Below are positions 22,288-34,796 of a stretch of 37,793 nt of DNA, piece by piece; positions within the stretch are counted from its first letter, which is position 1; every line of letters begins with the position of its first letter. The stretch covers positions 1 through 37,793 of the forward strand of contig JAPEUG010000143.1 of assembly GCA_026025795.1 (NCBI GenBank), read 5' to 3'. The notes below the pieces were generated by a model that did no database searches, was not told where the DNA came from, and saw only the letters and a program-made list of their open reading frames with translations. Origin of the DNA: Thelocarpon superellum (Eukaryota). The translations under genes and the position numbers were made by a program.

Positions 22288-25156
22288 TTACTTCCTCCCT
22301 GGAGGTCTCAAAAGGGCAATGAAACGCTCAATCTCCTTGATAGCGCCCTGTCCGCCGTCTGTTCCCGAAGCAGCAGCTTGGCCCTTGGTCTTCAACATGT
22401 CCAGGCTCTTGACGTCCTTGGCTTTGAACGCCTCCTCGCCTGCCTTGACCAGCTGGCCGCATTTCAAGTACATCTCGATGCGCTCCGACGGGGTCTGCGA
22501 CGTGCATTTGGATACGTAGGAAGACGCCAGCTTCGGGTTGCCTGCGCTCAGGATCTCGTTGAAGAATGGCTGTCGTGCGCATTGTCGCATTTCACTCGTC
22601 AGCTTGGCGCCTTGGGTGATGGTATTTGATTTGATGTGATGAGACAGGTCAAGAACAGGTGGGGTGGGGTAGGGTCAGGACGGGGGCCGAGTAGAGAATC
22701 GGGAGGGAGGAAAGGAAGGAAGGAGGGAAGGAAGGAAGGAAGGAGGGAAGGAAGGAAGGAAGGAGGGAAGGAAGAGGGGAGAAACACACCACCCATCCTA
22801 TTGGACTCTTCCGACTCTTGCCCATCTCCTCCAACTCGGCCCAGTCACGCTTGGCCACCAGTGCGCGCAGACGCAGCCACCAGTACGTCTTCTCGCCAAT
22901 CTTGAACTCGGCTTGGATCTTCTTCGCGCGGCTGCTGTACCCCAGCCGCGTGAGCTTGTAGATCGATTCGTGCACGGAGAGGCCGAGAAAGGACTCGTCG
23001 GACAGGTCGCGTTCCAGGTTCTGCTGCATCTTCAGCAACTTGCTCGTCTCGTCCAGGGCCTTCAGCTCCACGCCGTGCTCCTTTGCGTCGGACAGAAGCT
23101 TCTGTGCCAGTCGCAGCTTGTCCATCGCGGCTGCGACGCTTCGCGCTTGTAGGCTCTCGTCCACGAGGACGCTGGCACCGTCCAGTCGCCGGTCGTCTTG
23201 GTAGTACAGATCCTTGAGGAACTCCTTGTCCTGCGCCCGCGCCGATGACTCCACGAGCGCCGTGGCGACCGGCCGGTGGTTGATGACGCGGAAAAAGCTT
23301 GACAACGGGAGCTTGTTGCGGAGTTGCAGCAGCACGAAGAAGACCAGGTCCGTGTCCCCGCTCTCAATCGCCTTGTCCAGCGCGATCTCATCCTCTTCCA
23401 TGTTGAGCAGCAGCGGGACTTGTTTCGCTGCGCGGGGCTCGTAGTTCAACAGTTCTGTTGCGAGCCGGCCCCGTCCCTCGTCATATGCCGCCTTGGCTAT
23501 TGCTTCGAATGAGATCCCACGCTTGCCCTCCAGCTTCTGCACGATCACCCGGCAGATGCTCTCTTCGTCGTCTGTCGACACCCGCACCTTCTGCCCCGCC
23601 CAGTGCACGTAGATCCCGTCCGTCGGTAGTCGCAGATACTCCGACACCCGGAGCGCCAGGAGGTAGTGTTGTCGATTCACCAGCCGCTGCACCAGCTTCT
23701 CTGGGGTCAAGCGAATGAACTGGTCGTATGACACGGGCAGGCCGATCTCGTAGAAACGCACGGCATTCAGCACCCGTAGCGTCTCGCACACATCCACGAA
23801 ATCGTCGCTGTTGTACAGGTCCAGCACCGATTTGCCAAAGGACGCCGCCTTGAGCAGTTGCTTCTGCCACTGGATGTTGAACTCGTATCCTGCGGCCTTG
23901 ACGCAGGTGTCCACGGCCTCCACCAGGTTCGACCCGATCAGCTGAATGTCGTCGTCTGCTTTGGGAGATTTCTTCTCCAGCTGTTCGATGGCGTCCACCA
24001 GCACCGATGCCGGCGATGTCGACCCAAGCTTGAACACATCCTCTGTGACTTCCGGCACCTTTTGCAGGAATTCACACACGTCGTTGCTGATGATCCGCAC
24101 GCCATCCATGTCGGGGATTAGATGAACATGGCCATCGTAGTAGTATCTGCCTAGGTTAGAGCTACACTCCGCGTGCAACGATCTGCTCACTTTGCCGCTG
24201 CCCCGTTCGGCCCCACCATATGTACCTCATCCTCCCAGGCGAGCACCACCGAGTTGTTGCCGCACCATTGGACGTCCTTCGGATTCGTCTTGGCCTTGGA
24301 ATCGTATTCGCTGAACTTGTTTTGAAAGTCACTGCTAATCACCCACACCTTCCCATCCTCCGTGTGCAGAGCGACGAATTTGCCGTTGGGCGATACGCTC
24401 GTGTGGGTGAACGGTCCGTTCTCCAGCATCCGGTCGTCCGAGTCCGACGCATCCACCACGTAGATGGTCTTCTCAATCGCCAGAAGGACCTCCACCGAGC
24501 GAGACAAGGTATAGGATGGTGGGAGTACCGTCCATGAATGGACCTGTCCTTCCGGCGGGGAGGCCAACGCCTTGGGCCGCGGCTCGTCGAACCCCGTCAC
24601 CGACACCAGATGGCTGTTCGAGAGAAGGGCAACGAACCCGGTCGACCAAAAGCGGCACGCCTGCACTCCGTACTCTTCCGCCCCATTCCCAAGGGAGAAC
24701 TGGGTGAAGTCTCCTTGTAGATCGTAGCATCGCACCGTGCCATCCTGGGTGATCACTAAGAGACTCTCATCTTCCGACCACCCCAGCCCTTTGATCGATC
24801 CTTTGTCCCACTATGCCTATCGTCAGCCCCCGTGTCCATGATCCTCCATGGTCACCCACATTGATTCGTCGGATAAGCTTGCCGGCGCAGCTGCAGATGT
24901 CAATGCTTGACTTGGCAGCTTGCGTGCCACGGTAGGCGTGGAGCTTCTCTTCGTCGCGGTAGAGCGCTACATCACCCGTCAGCCCTGCCTTGCGCACTAG
25001 AGACCACTCACCGATTGCACCACCGCAAGGTGCCCCAGCGATCAGGTAGTTTTCGAGCTCGAGGTCCTGGTCAAAGACATTCGTATACAGCTGCACCTTT
25101 CGATAGAACCGATCCCCAACCTTGTCCCAATCGGCCGTGGGGCTGGTGGCGACCAT
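22288..25156 (-). CDS. VPS16: Vacuolar protein sorting protein Vps16 (HOPS/CORVET); 5 exons
   Basis: 'PTADWDKVGDRFYRKVQLY...IAGAPCGGAIALYRD...WQKQLLKAASFGKS...LRVLNAVR...QVPLLL...ALDKAIESGDTDL...KSRKSPIGW|PFF'. Introns GTGAGT, GTGGGT, GTGAGC and GTGTGT..AG. Confidence 0.95.
22700..22782 (-). repeat. (CCTT/CCCT)n pyrimidine microsatellite inside the last VPS16 intron (22570-22789)
   Basis: The plus strand reads ggaaggaaggagggaaggaaggaaggaaggagggaaggaaggaagg. Confidence 0.9.
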
Positions 25157-25474
25157 TTCCCCAGACTGTGGAAAGTAAAGGGCATTGGTTATCTCATCAC
25201 GATCTTGTACATGGTCGTCAATGTGGATGGGCTGCGGTGGGAGATGGCGGGGCTGGCGGCCGATGTGACTTCCGATGCCACAGAAGCGGGAGACCTTCCA
25301 CTAGGGACACCCGCGAGAACCGTCAATCGTCCTTGCTTCCGATGAGTCTCCGGCCAGCTTCCAAATGCAGGCATGACAGGACCATATCTCATTCGACCGT
25401 GACGGCTCTACGCTGATGCTTCGGCGAGCAGCTCTTGAGTTTGAGACTTCGTGAGCGACAGCATCGCGCACGGC

Positions 25475-26943
25475 ATGTCGGTCGATGGGACGTCCGAGAT
25501 TAACCCCCCTCTCTCACCAATGACGAGCCAATTCTTAGTGGATCGAGTGCGAGGACTCAACGACCTGGAGTTGGTAGTCCTGCTCAGTCTCGTTGCCAAC
25601 GAGCACTGCATCATCGCGGCGGAGGAGGAGGCGCTAGATCCGCTCGAAGATGAATTGAAGCTCGTACGACGGTCCTAACTCCTACATCTACATCCCCGCT
25701 GACACAGAATCTAGGTCGTGGAAAAGGTGTTTGGCCTTTCACATGCCGTGGTGGACTGTTCGGAGCACACGACCCTGGACGACTTTGCCCGGGCCATCCT
25801 CATCCCTGACAATCGATCCGACCCCTCCAGAGCCCAATCACCCACCTCGCTCAAGCAGGAGGGGTCATATTTCCGATCAAAGGACCTCTGGATCCATTCC
25901 CCCGCGGGCCCCCAGCGCTTCGATGCACAAGGCTCGATCGACACGCGGAAGATAGCCAATGTGGTGATCGCCAAGAACCTCGACCTTGCAAGTCAGCAAG
26001 TCCAGGTGCAGGCGCTGGAGGTGAGAGGTTCGAGGGTGGATGTGTGCTCAATCTGATAGGTGATAGTTGTTACGTACCCGACGCATGTTCACGAGAACGG
26101 AAATCCACGCAGCACCTCAGAGCTTCCTCTTCATCCCGCTGATAGCCGGGACCCAGCCTAACCCGCAGCTGATGCGGCACCTGGTATGGGCCTTCTCCTC
26201 CGAGCTTCCCCAGACACTGACGAGTCTCAGAATGACCACATCTTCATGTCACACTATCACGCGCCGGAAGATGGCTTCCCCAATGCAGACGAAGGAACGG
26301 CAAGGATCGACAGCGAGACAGAATCAACGGAGTCGGTGGTGAAGAAGACGCCAAGAGACACTGAAGCCCTGTTCTCAGGCACAGTACGCGAACGCCCATG
26401 CGCATCTTCATCTTCTCCAATGGATGCGTCAAGCTGACGGGAGTCTTGTGACAGGAAATCGACAACATCGGCGTCAAAGCCGACTTGGTGACCATGGACA
26501 TGGACGTGAAGCGGTACATGCATAACATCGTCGTCTTTCTGCGCATGCATCGAGCGGTCGCAGGTGGTGTTACAAGCCAGTCGACGCGGCATATGGATCT
26601 GCTAGTCAGGTAGACACCCTGTCATCCTCCTTCCTCGTGATCCTACTCCTCTCCATGACCCGATCTCCTCGCATGGCGGGTGGGAAACGAGCCTGCGCTG
26701 ACGGGCCTCTGATACGCACGCAGATGTCTCGCACCCCTTCACGCGCTGCAATTCGTGACCCCATCCTTGGTCGCCTTGGCGGCGAGGAAGGTGTATCAGC
26801 ATCGGATTGCCATCACGACGGTGGCCAACGAGCGAAGCATGCAGTGGGGCAGTGACGCCGATGCCGTGGCTGCCTATTTGGATGGACTCACGGCGGAGGA
26901 TATCATCGAGGAGGTGCTGGGGATGGTGGATGTCCCATTATGA
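25475..26943 (+). CDS. Conserved fungal protein, Mtc2-like/degenerate MoxR-ChlI AAA with lid domain; 6 exons
   Basis: 'LVDRVRGLNDLELVVLLSLVANEHCII...FGLSHAVVDC...IANVVIAKNLDLASQQVQVQALELLRTRR...HLNDHIFMSHYH...YMHNIVVFLRMHRAVAGGV...FVTPSLVALAARKVYQHRI...ERSMQWGSD...VDVPL*'. Five GT-AG introns. Confidence 0.75.
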
Positions 26944-27116
26944 GGGAGTGATGATGCAATGACAGAGATAGACGATGCGGATGTAACTGTACGCCTCCCA
27001 CGACCGCATCCGAATCGACCAAGTCTTTCATCACGTCGCTACGCTGGCGTACACGCGCGTCTAAGCTCGCACATGCAGTGTCGACAAGAAGGAGGGTATC
27101 GACGGCCCGGCTCAAA

Positions 27117-28524
27117 TCAAGAATGGAAGAAGCGGACCTGAGGATCCAACGCAAACATCTCGCCGCCGTTCTTCCACTCATCCAGCGTCACCATGATCTC
27201 CTGCCGCGAATCCTCCACGATGGCATCGAGCTTGATGTCGTTCTTGTCGTACCCAAAGGGATCTTCAAGCTGCGACCCGATGCCTTCGATCCCGTACAGC
27301 GTGAAGGTCACCAGCATCACGATCGGCACCGCCCACCATCCCATGTCGTCGGTGTTATGACCCACCATGGCAAAGGGCAGCACGCAGCAGAAGAGAGCCA
27401 GGACCTGCTTCTGGTGGATCCTGAAGAGGACTTCATTAGCATTTCTCGTGGCACGGCACGGCACGGCGAGACGGAGAAGAGGGAGGCTCACAGGTGCGCG
27501 ACGGGAAGAGGCGTCATTCTGATCGTCTCCATCCGTCCATAGGCATCCACCAGAGTGTTCAGCTGCGCTTGCAGCTGGCTGGCCTGCGGCGCGTTGAACC
27601 AGCCGCGGTCCGTGGCCTTCTTGATGTACTTCTCCACCAGGAAGACAAGCTCCAGCGGAAATCCGAGCCCATAGTCTTCATAGCCGCGGAGACCCTTGGG
27701 CAGCAGGTCGTTGTATTCGCTCTTGATGGAACCGTCGCCATCGCTCGAGTCGCTGGGAACACCAACGCCCCACTCTGCCCGGAGGTGGTCTTTGACGGCG
27801 TAGAGGAGCGCGATCAAGATCCGCACCACCTTCTCCGTGTCCGCCCGGTCCGACGTGGTCGCGGGCTGGTCGGCGTGGTAGTAGCAGACGAGGAACGATC
27901 GGCTGAGGTTGCGCACGCAGGTCGAGATCTGCGTGAAGTAGTTCCGGCCCGTCCAGAATCGTTCATAGGACGTTTGGTTCCGAAAGACCTGTATCTTCCA
28001 TCAGCCGCTGATCTCGCGCGACGATCCGATTCTGTGTACAGCGTGGATCTAAGGAACGCTCCCCTGTCAACGGCTCACGTACCAGCATCAACCCTACGAC
28101 GATCGACAGGCTGGGAATCTGTACGCCGTGATCAGCAGGCTCGAGACGCGGAGCTCCGCCGGACGTCTTCGTTGCAACTTACAATGCTGGGAGGAAGACC
28201 AATATCTCCATCCACACTCCGATCAACGTAGACGACGAGGACAGTGAAGAGGGCGTGGAAGAGGACGGGGCCAAGGATGGCTGTGGGACTCCGTGGTCAG
28301 AGACGATTCCTTCACACGTTCTGAGGCTCGACTTACCCGTGTGAATGGCCCCTTTGACAAATCGTAGCACCAGCGGCCATCTAATGAGGTTAGGTACGAG
28401 ACGTGGTCGACGTTCATGGCACTCCCCACCGGCGTGGCTTCTGACGGGACGCGTTGGAGAGGGGAAAGGTGGTCCGGCTTTGGAATGAATACGTCGAGTC
28501 CATCATCCTCTCTGCGTTGGCCAT
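27117..28524 (-). CDS. Bestrophin-like anion channel (UPF0187/YneE family); 6 exons
   Basis: 'RRWPLVLRFVKGAIH...IPSLSIVVGLML|VFRNQTSYERFWTGR...RMETIRMTPLPVAHL..HQKQVLALFCCVLPF...FTLYGIEGIGSQLEDPFGYDKNDIKLD'. Confidence 0.88.
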
Positions 28525-28838
28525 TGTGGCGGCGGGGTCGTATCACCCAAGGCCCTCCAAGTGTCTCGGAGGAACGTATAGGTTTGTATTGAAGATGCCG
28601 GCATGCGAGATTGAAGCTCCATGCCGAGTGACGGCGCTTCCGTTTCAGCAGTCGAGATAGCGCCCGCTCAAGATGGCCGTTTCATGATCAGGCTCAATTC
28701 TCCGCCACGTCAATGGTCCCAACCCATCCAGATTCTCAATACGCTGAGTACACGCAGAATACTAATCTATAGTTACGAGGCCGATGATGGAGTGAGGTCT
28801 AGATCGGGGATACCACCCCTCGAGCGGCACTCCACAGG

Positions 28839-30709
28839 TCACCTCCGGCCCAACTTCCATCGAGCGATTCGATCTTGAATCTCGCTCCACTGGAAATCCT
28901 TTCGCGTGACCATCTCTTCATCGCCTTCCTGCAGAATGACCGTGGGCGCGCCAGTGCCCTTGCCAACATTCTCCACCAGTCCACCGACAACCGTCTTGGC
29001 CACGCGTCGCAGGTCTTGCACGGTCAACTCGTCAATCTTGCGGCACATCTCCTTCACCCCCACCTTGCGCCCGTGCACCTGCACTTGTCGGCCCAGATCT
29101 TCAAGTTCCACCATCCGGCTCTCCAGATTCATAAGAAGCGAGCTCCGCAGCTGGTTCTTCGCTCGGTTCACCTCCGCCGCCTGCAGGCTGGAATAGCCAA
29201 AGTCCAAGGTCAAGGCCTGTAGCTCGCGGCACATGACCTCGAGCATCTGTGAGATCTTGGCGGGGCTACAACTGGCCGAGATACCAAAGAGCCCCGAGTC
29301 GGTGTAGGAGTGATTGAACGCCACGCAGTTCTCCACCCATCCGTGCTGGTTCAGGACGTTGGTGTACAGTCGAGAGTACATGCCCTTGCCCGGACCACCC
29401 GCGCTGAAGGAACCTCCTCCGCCGAGGAGGGTCTGTAACGTGGCCAGGGCATAGATGTCGGGGGAGGAGATGGGGAGCGCCTCAAACGCAAGGTGGATGT
29501 GCGAGAGCCGGGGGAGGGCGAGGTTCGGAGGGGGTGGGAGAGGAGGAAGCGCGAGAAAGCCACCGGTGTAGTGGGAGGGTAGGTGGAGATCCAACGGCGA
29601 AGGTCCCGACGGGGAGAGATGGTCTAACACGGCAGCGTGCGCCGACGCTGACGTGGACAGGTTCTTGAAGAAGGGGATCTTGGAGAGGAGTTGGGAGGAT
29701 TGGGGCGGCGACATGGGCGCGGTCGGAGACTGTAGGGATGCGCTGGAGGATGTAGAAGAGTTGGTCGTGGTATCGGTCGAAGACGGCTGCAAGTGGGAGG
29801 TGGAGCCAATCCCGGTCAGGGAGGGTTCTGCACCGGTCATGTCACCAAAGTACTGGGAGGTTAATCGCGTCGCCTCCTCATGGTTGACCCCAGCAAACGC
29901 CACCACCATGCGCTCGGGCCGAAAGAAGGTGGTCCGATAGTGCTCAATGACGCTCTTGTCGATTTCGCTCAATCGCTCTTGCGGGCAGAGTAGCGGATTG
30001 CCGAGGGTGTTGTCTTTGTACGCGGCCATGTGCACGAGCTCGGGGAGGATCAGCTCGGGCTTGGACCAGATCTCGGTAATCTCGTAGCTCGCCGTCTCGA
30101 GCTGCTGCTGCACCTCCTCTTCCGTGATCCGTGGTTGCCGGATCGTCTCGGCCAGGAGCGCCACGGCAGTAGGAACGGCCGAGTTGAAGGTGGCGGATTG
30201 ATACATAAGTGACTCCCGCGACGACGCACATTGGATGTTTCCGCCGAGCGACTCCAGGGCCTCGAGCATTTCATCCGACGATCGCAACGCCGTGGACTAG
30301 CACCCCCGTCGTCGTCAGTCCACGCACGATAGTTCCACATCCGTCCCGCTTACTTTAAAGGCCAGCCGGTCGACAATATGGCTCACACCTCGGAGGCTTT
30401 GGTCTTCATACCGCGAGCCGGCGTCGAGATACACACCAATGCCAGAGAAGTGCCCTGGTAGGGCCTCGGTGGCGACCCGAATCCCATTGGGAAGAGTGGT
30501 GATCTGGTCCAATTCGACAGGATCCTAGAAGGTCGCGCCAGTGAGCTCCATGACCACGCCACCGATCCGAGTGGAGGCCGGCACACCTTTTCTTCCGCCG
30601 GAGCCACACGAGCCAGGTGTCGCCGCGCCAGCGCCGACGATGAGCCAGCACAGGACAACGGCAGTCGCGCTGTTCGAGCGATGCCTCGCGATGCGCACGA
30701 GCGAAGCAT
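28839..30709 (-). CDS. MAS2: Mitochondrial processing peptidase alpha subunit; 3 exons
   Basis: Arg-rich presequence, 'DQITTLPNGIRVATE...GSRYE..GVSHIVDRLAFK|ST', and the glycine-rich loop 'LGGGGSFSAGGPGKGMYSRLY'. Confidence 0.96.
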
Positions 30710-32262
30710 GACGTTGACGTGGACGAGCTCTAAGACGTTGACGTGCTCGTCATGAGCTACGTTTCGGCGACGGATAGTTCGAGGCGACGCACCAGGCTGG
30801 ACGTAGGCGGGATTTGCCGGATCAGTCAGCCAGACGCCTCACGCCAGTCCATTTGACCTCCCCGCTGTACGAGCATGGTACCTCGTGCGAGTACGAGTAA
30901 GAAGACGAAGATTTGAACGCTGCGCTGCGCTGTACGGGAGAACGACGCGGCTAGCGCACAATTCTCGGGATCTCTTAGGATCTTTCCGTCGAACAATCCT
31001 CCGAAGCCCGCTATGCAGCCGGGAGACGGGAAGTGTTAATAGTCACGTCGATCGAAGGTCTCCTGAGCTCCCATTTCTTCTAGACCCATCATAAGGCGGC
31101 CGGGCAAGTGATAATAGAGATGCGCCACGATCGCCAGCCGACGAAGCCGACCCGGTCATCCGTGGCTTCGACAGGTCGTTGTTGACAAAAGGAGCGTCCT
31201 GATTCTGGCGACATTTCCGCACCCTTGAAGAGCCATACAGAGATATGCTGCGAACAAGCGCCTCGGCCTCGACCGAGTATTCCGCCGGCTTCTTGGCTGC
31301 ATCGTTTCCCCCTACACAGTACCTCCGCCGCCAAGGTTACTTGTGGAGTTGCGGTTAGGGTGCACGTCGACTGGACGAGGACCACTCGTACACACTACTC
31401 GCCTTGCGGCGTCCCCCGCATCGACTGCGGCGACGGGTATCCGGAGGCACCAGGCTATTCCCCCGCCAGGACGACCAGGGGCACCTGCACGCACAATCTG
31501 GTCATGCCTCCCCCCACCCCCCACAGACATAAGCGTCGGCGACCATCAGCCTAACGTTAGTCGTCCCCAGGGCGAGTCCAGGTTGGGTGCTACTCCTGTA
31601 TGTCCCTTCGCTTGATCCATCTAGCACAGTAGGCGCGGCGTTCTCTGCGGCTTGTCCGCGTCTGGGGAGTGGCTGTATGAAAGGCAGACCGCGGGCGAGG
31701 ATGGAGTTGCGTGCGTGGTGCGTTGGCCTGTCGATCCTTTGGGCATACTGCGTAAGTGCTAAAGGTTCAGATCGTGCTGGCGTCGTCGATGCCGGGAGTC
31801 GTGCCGTAGTGCGTACAGCCATCGCCGTCCGCGAAGCTCGACGCCGCGAGGGTAAGCGCATGTACGAGTACTTCGTACCAAGTAACGTACCTCAGCGGAC
31901 AAATGGGCGGACGAGTACAAGAGCTGGGGTCCGTCCGGGCCACTCCCAGGTCTGATTGACTCGTCTGCCAGCCCTTGGGACCGTCCGCTGGTATAATGAA
32001 ACTTGGCGGAGACGAAGGCTGCCGGACCGTGAAACCATCGCCGGAGCCCACCACCACGGCCACTACCGCTCGAGTCCGTGTCCGAGTACCGTCCTGACAT
32101 TGCCCTTCCGAACACCTCCATCACCTTTACACCCTGTCCGCTGCTCTTTCTCTCCCCCCTCCCCGCTCCTCTGTCCCCCTCGACACTTCGTGGACAGCGT
32201 GGGTCAAGTGACGACGTCACCGTAGCCATCTGGCTCCTCGTCCGCTCCTGGGCGGAGGACCG

Positions 32263-34281
32263 ATGTTTGCACCAGCCGCTCCGGCGCCCCCCACATTATC
32301 CGCCACCGTCGACCCTGCGACGTCCACCCCACCGCCCACCCCGTCTGGCCGGTTGCGAGGTTTGGCTTACCTACGGCATTACACCCAGCATCTTCACGGA
32401 CACTCGACCCCGATTTCCCCGCGAAGTGCTTCTCCGAGGTCCGCGACCCAGCCATTGTCCGCCTCGCCCGAACGTCCGACCCGACGAAGGCGGGGGCAGA
32501 GTGCATCGAGATCCTCGAGTCGGCACGAGGCCGACCCCGCCGAACCTGCGAGCGACCATTTCCCGTCTGGGCCCACAAGCGCGTCGTCGCACGCCGGAGG
32601 CGATCACCGTCGACCCGGCCGGAGCTCTACCCGTCTACGATCCCGGTCCCGGCCCCGTTCGAGAACATCGCCTGCGGAAGAGGGAGCGAGCTCTTGCGGC
32701 CCGCCGCCAGGGGCCATGGTCATGGGCCGGAAGAAGACGCCGGCGGCGTCCGCGGTCACGACGACCGAGTCGACAGTGAACGACGTGGCGGCGGACCTGA
32801 GCGGTGCCACCAGCTCTCCCCAGCAACACATGCCCTCGATTCGCCTGATCCCACACCAGGACCCGCGTGCGACACGACCATCCCTCCTCTTTAGCCCCAT
32901 CTCCCGCACTCTCCCATCGCACGCCGCCGTCATCCGCGTGGGCCGGTATTCGGAGAAGGATAGTGAGCCTCCCTCGTCGACCAATACGCCCTCGGCGGCT
33001 CCGGTGGGGTTCAAGTCCAAAGTGGTCAGTCGGCGGCACTGTGAATTGTGGTGCGCCAACGGACAATGGCATATCAAGGACGTCAAGAGTTCGTCCGGCA
33101 CTTTTCTCAACCACATTCGCTTGAGTCAGCCGAATTCCGAGTCCAAGCCCTTTCCTGTCAACGACGGCGACGTCATCCAGCTGGGCATCGACTTCAAGGG
33201 CGGGGAGGAGATGATCTTCCGGTGTGTCAAGATCCGCGTGGAGTGCAACCGTGGATGGCAGAAGGCGCTCAATAATTTCAAGTGGGTTACCCTCGACCCC
33301 GCCCGTCTTGTCCCCTCCTCCCCTCCTCCCTCCTCCCCTCCTCCCCTCCTCCCCTCCTCCCCTCCTCCCCTCCTCCCCTCTTCCCTCTTCCCTCCTTTCC
33401 ATCCTCCCGCTGCTAACATGTGTCTAGCACGACCACGCACAAACGACTACGAGACCTTGCCGCTGTGACCACGGATAGTAAAGGTATCACGCCATCGTCG
33501 GAATGCTCCATCTGCCTCTTTTCGATCGCGGTAAGCCCACATCTCCAGAGAGCGATCTTGACCGATGAGGCTAACGGATCGGTTTGTTCAGCCTTGTCAA
33601 TCGCTCTTTGTCGCGCCATGTTCGCATGTCTGGCACTACAGCTGCATCCGGCCTATCCTGAACGGAACAACCTGGCCACAATTTCTCTGTCCCAATTGCC
33701 GTGCCGTCGCCGATCTCGAGGCGGAAGTAGACGAGCCCAGTGCGGACTGGGCTCGGCAGTTGAATGATGCGGACGCCGTTCCTGCCAGCCGCGACGCCGC
33801 TCTTGTGTCCACCCCCCTGGGCCCGAATGGCGAGGTTGCTCCGCCGCCGGACAAGCGTCCGGGCAAGGAGGAGCCAGAGCGACCGGCGTCGAACCTGGCG
33901 GACGCCGTGGGCGCACTAACGCTCGAGGCGACAGAGCCTGGTGACGGCGCGTCGGACCCCCCCTTACCCCTACGTGAGAGCGACTTTCCCTCTGGCACCC
34001 ACGCCCCGTCGGTGCGACCGTCGTTGGCGAGCCGGCGGTCTGACTCTGTTCAGGCGTTGGATCTAGCCGCTCCATCCACGCCGTCGGGAACTGGAACGAG
34101 CGTGCGCCAGGCCTCGCGTGAGTTGAGTGACAACTGGCTCTCCAGCGACCGCGAGACCGATGCTGCCGACACCACCGTCCACTCGCCTGATCCGCCCGGG
34201 CCTGATGGACCTTTGACGCCGACCAATGACGCGGGGCCCTTTGTCTTTGATGGGAGCGCGGGGCGGGAGGCGGAGGCCTGA
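32263..34281 (+). CDS. DMA1: FHA + RING-H2 E3 ubiquitin ligase (Dma1/Chf); introns 33282-33427, 33531-33591
   Basis: FHA 'VGRYSE...FKSKVVSRRHC...DVKSSSGTFLNHIRL...GDVIQLGIDFKGG' and RING 'ECSICLFSIA|PCQSLFVAPCSHVWHYSCIRP...FLCPNCR'. Confidence 0.93.
33312..33408 (+). repeat. (CCTCC/CCCT)n pyrimidine repeat in DMA1 intron 1
   Basis: cccctcctcccctcctccctcctcccctcctcccctcctccc... Confidence 0.85.
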
Positions 34282-34796
34282 CCAGGCATCTTGGACGATC
34301 CGGTCGTGGTCCGCGAATGTCATCTGCGGGTCGAAGCTTGTACGATAGTTCCGTTGTGCCTTGGTGCATACCTTGATGTACGGAAGCTGCTTACCCTACG
34401 GCGTATGATTACAAGGGAAGGGAGGGCAGCGATTGGGCGCACGGCGAGGCCAAGAGAGCTCGAAGACGGCCCGAATTCTGTGTACTCGGTAATTAGGCAT
34501 GTTCCGCGACTGGTCACGTGCGTCAACTTCTCTGCATGTCAGTGTCTCTGGCTGGACTCCCGACCGCCACGGCTGCGGAGGATGCCGCAGGCTCAGTGTC
34601 TTAGGCTGTCGGACCAGTAGTCAGCCGGAGTAAAATGTTGCAACGGTCGTGCCTTCCCTTCCTCTCCCGTCACCTCACTGACCCTCCATCGTCGCGGCGT
34701 ATGCTCTGTCGGAGCCACCGTCGATGGCGTGAGGTCATCAGCATCACCTTCTAGCCTCGTTGCATCCTCGAGCCCGCTCCACGCGAGCCAGGCACC

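Noticed and set aside
26948..27010. Box C-like GTGATGA motifs here and at about 17152 and 22636
   Set aside because: No suitably placed box D with a terminal stem or recognisable rRNA guide.
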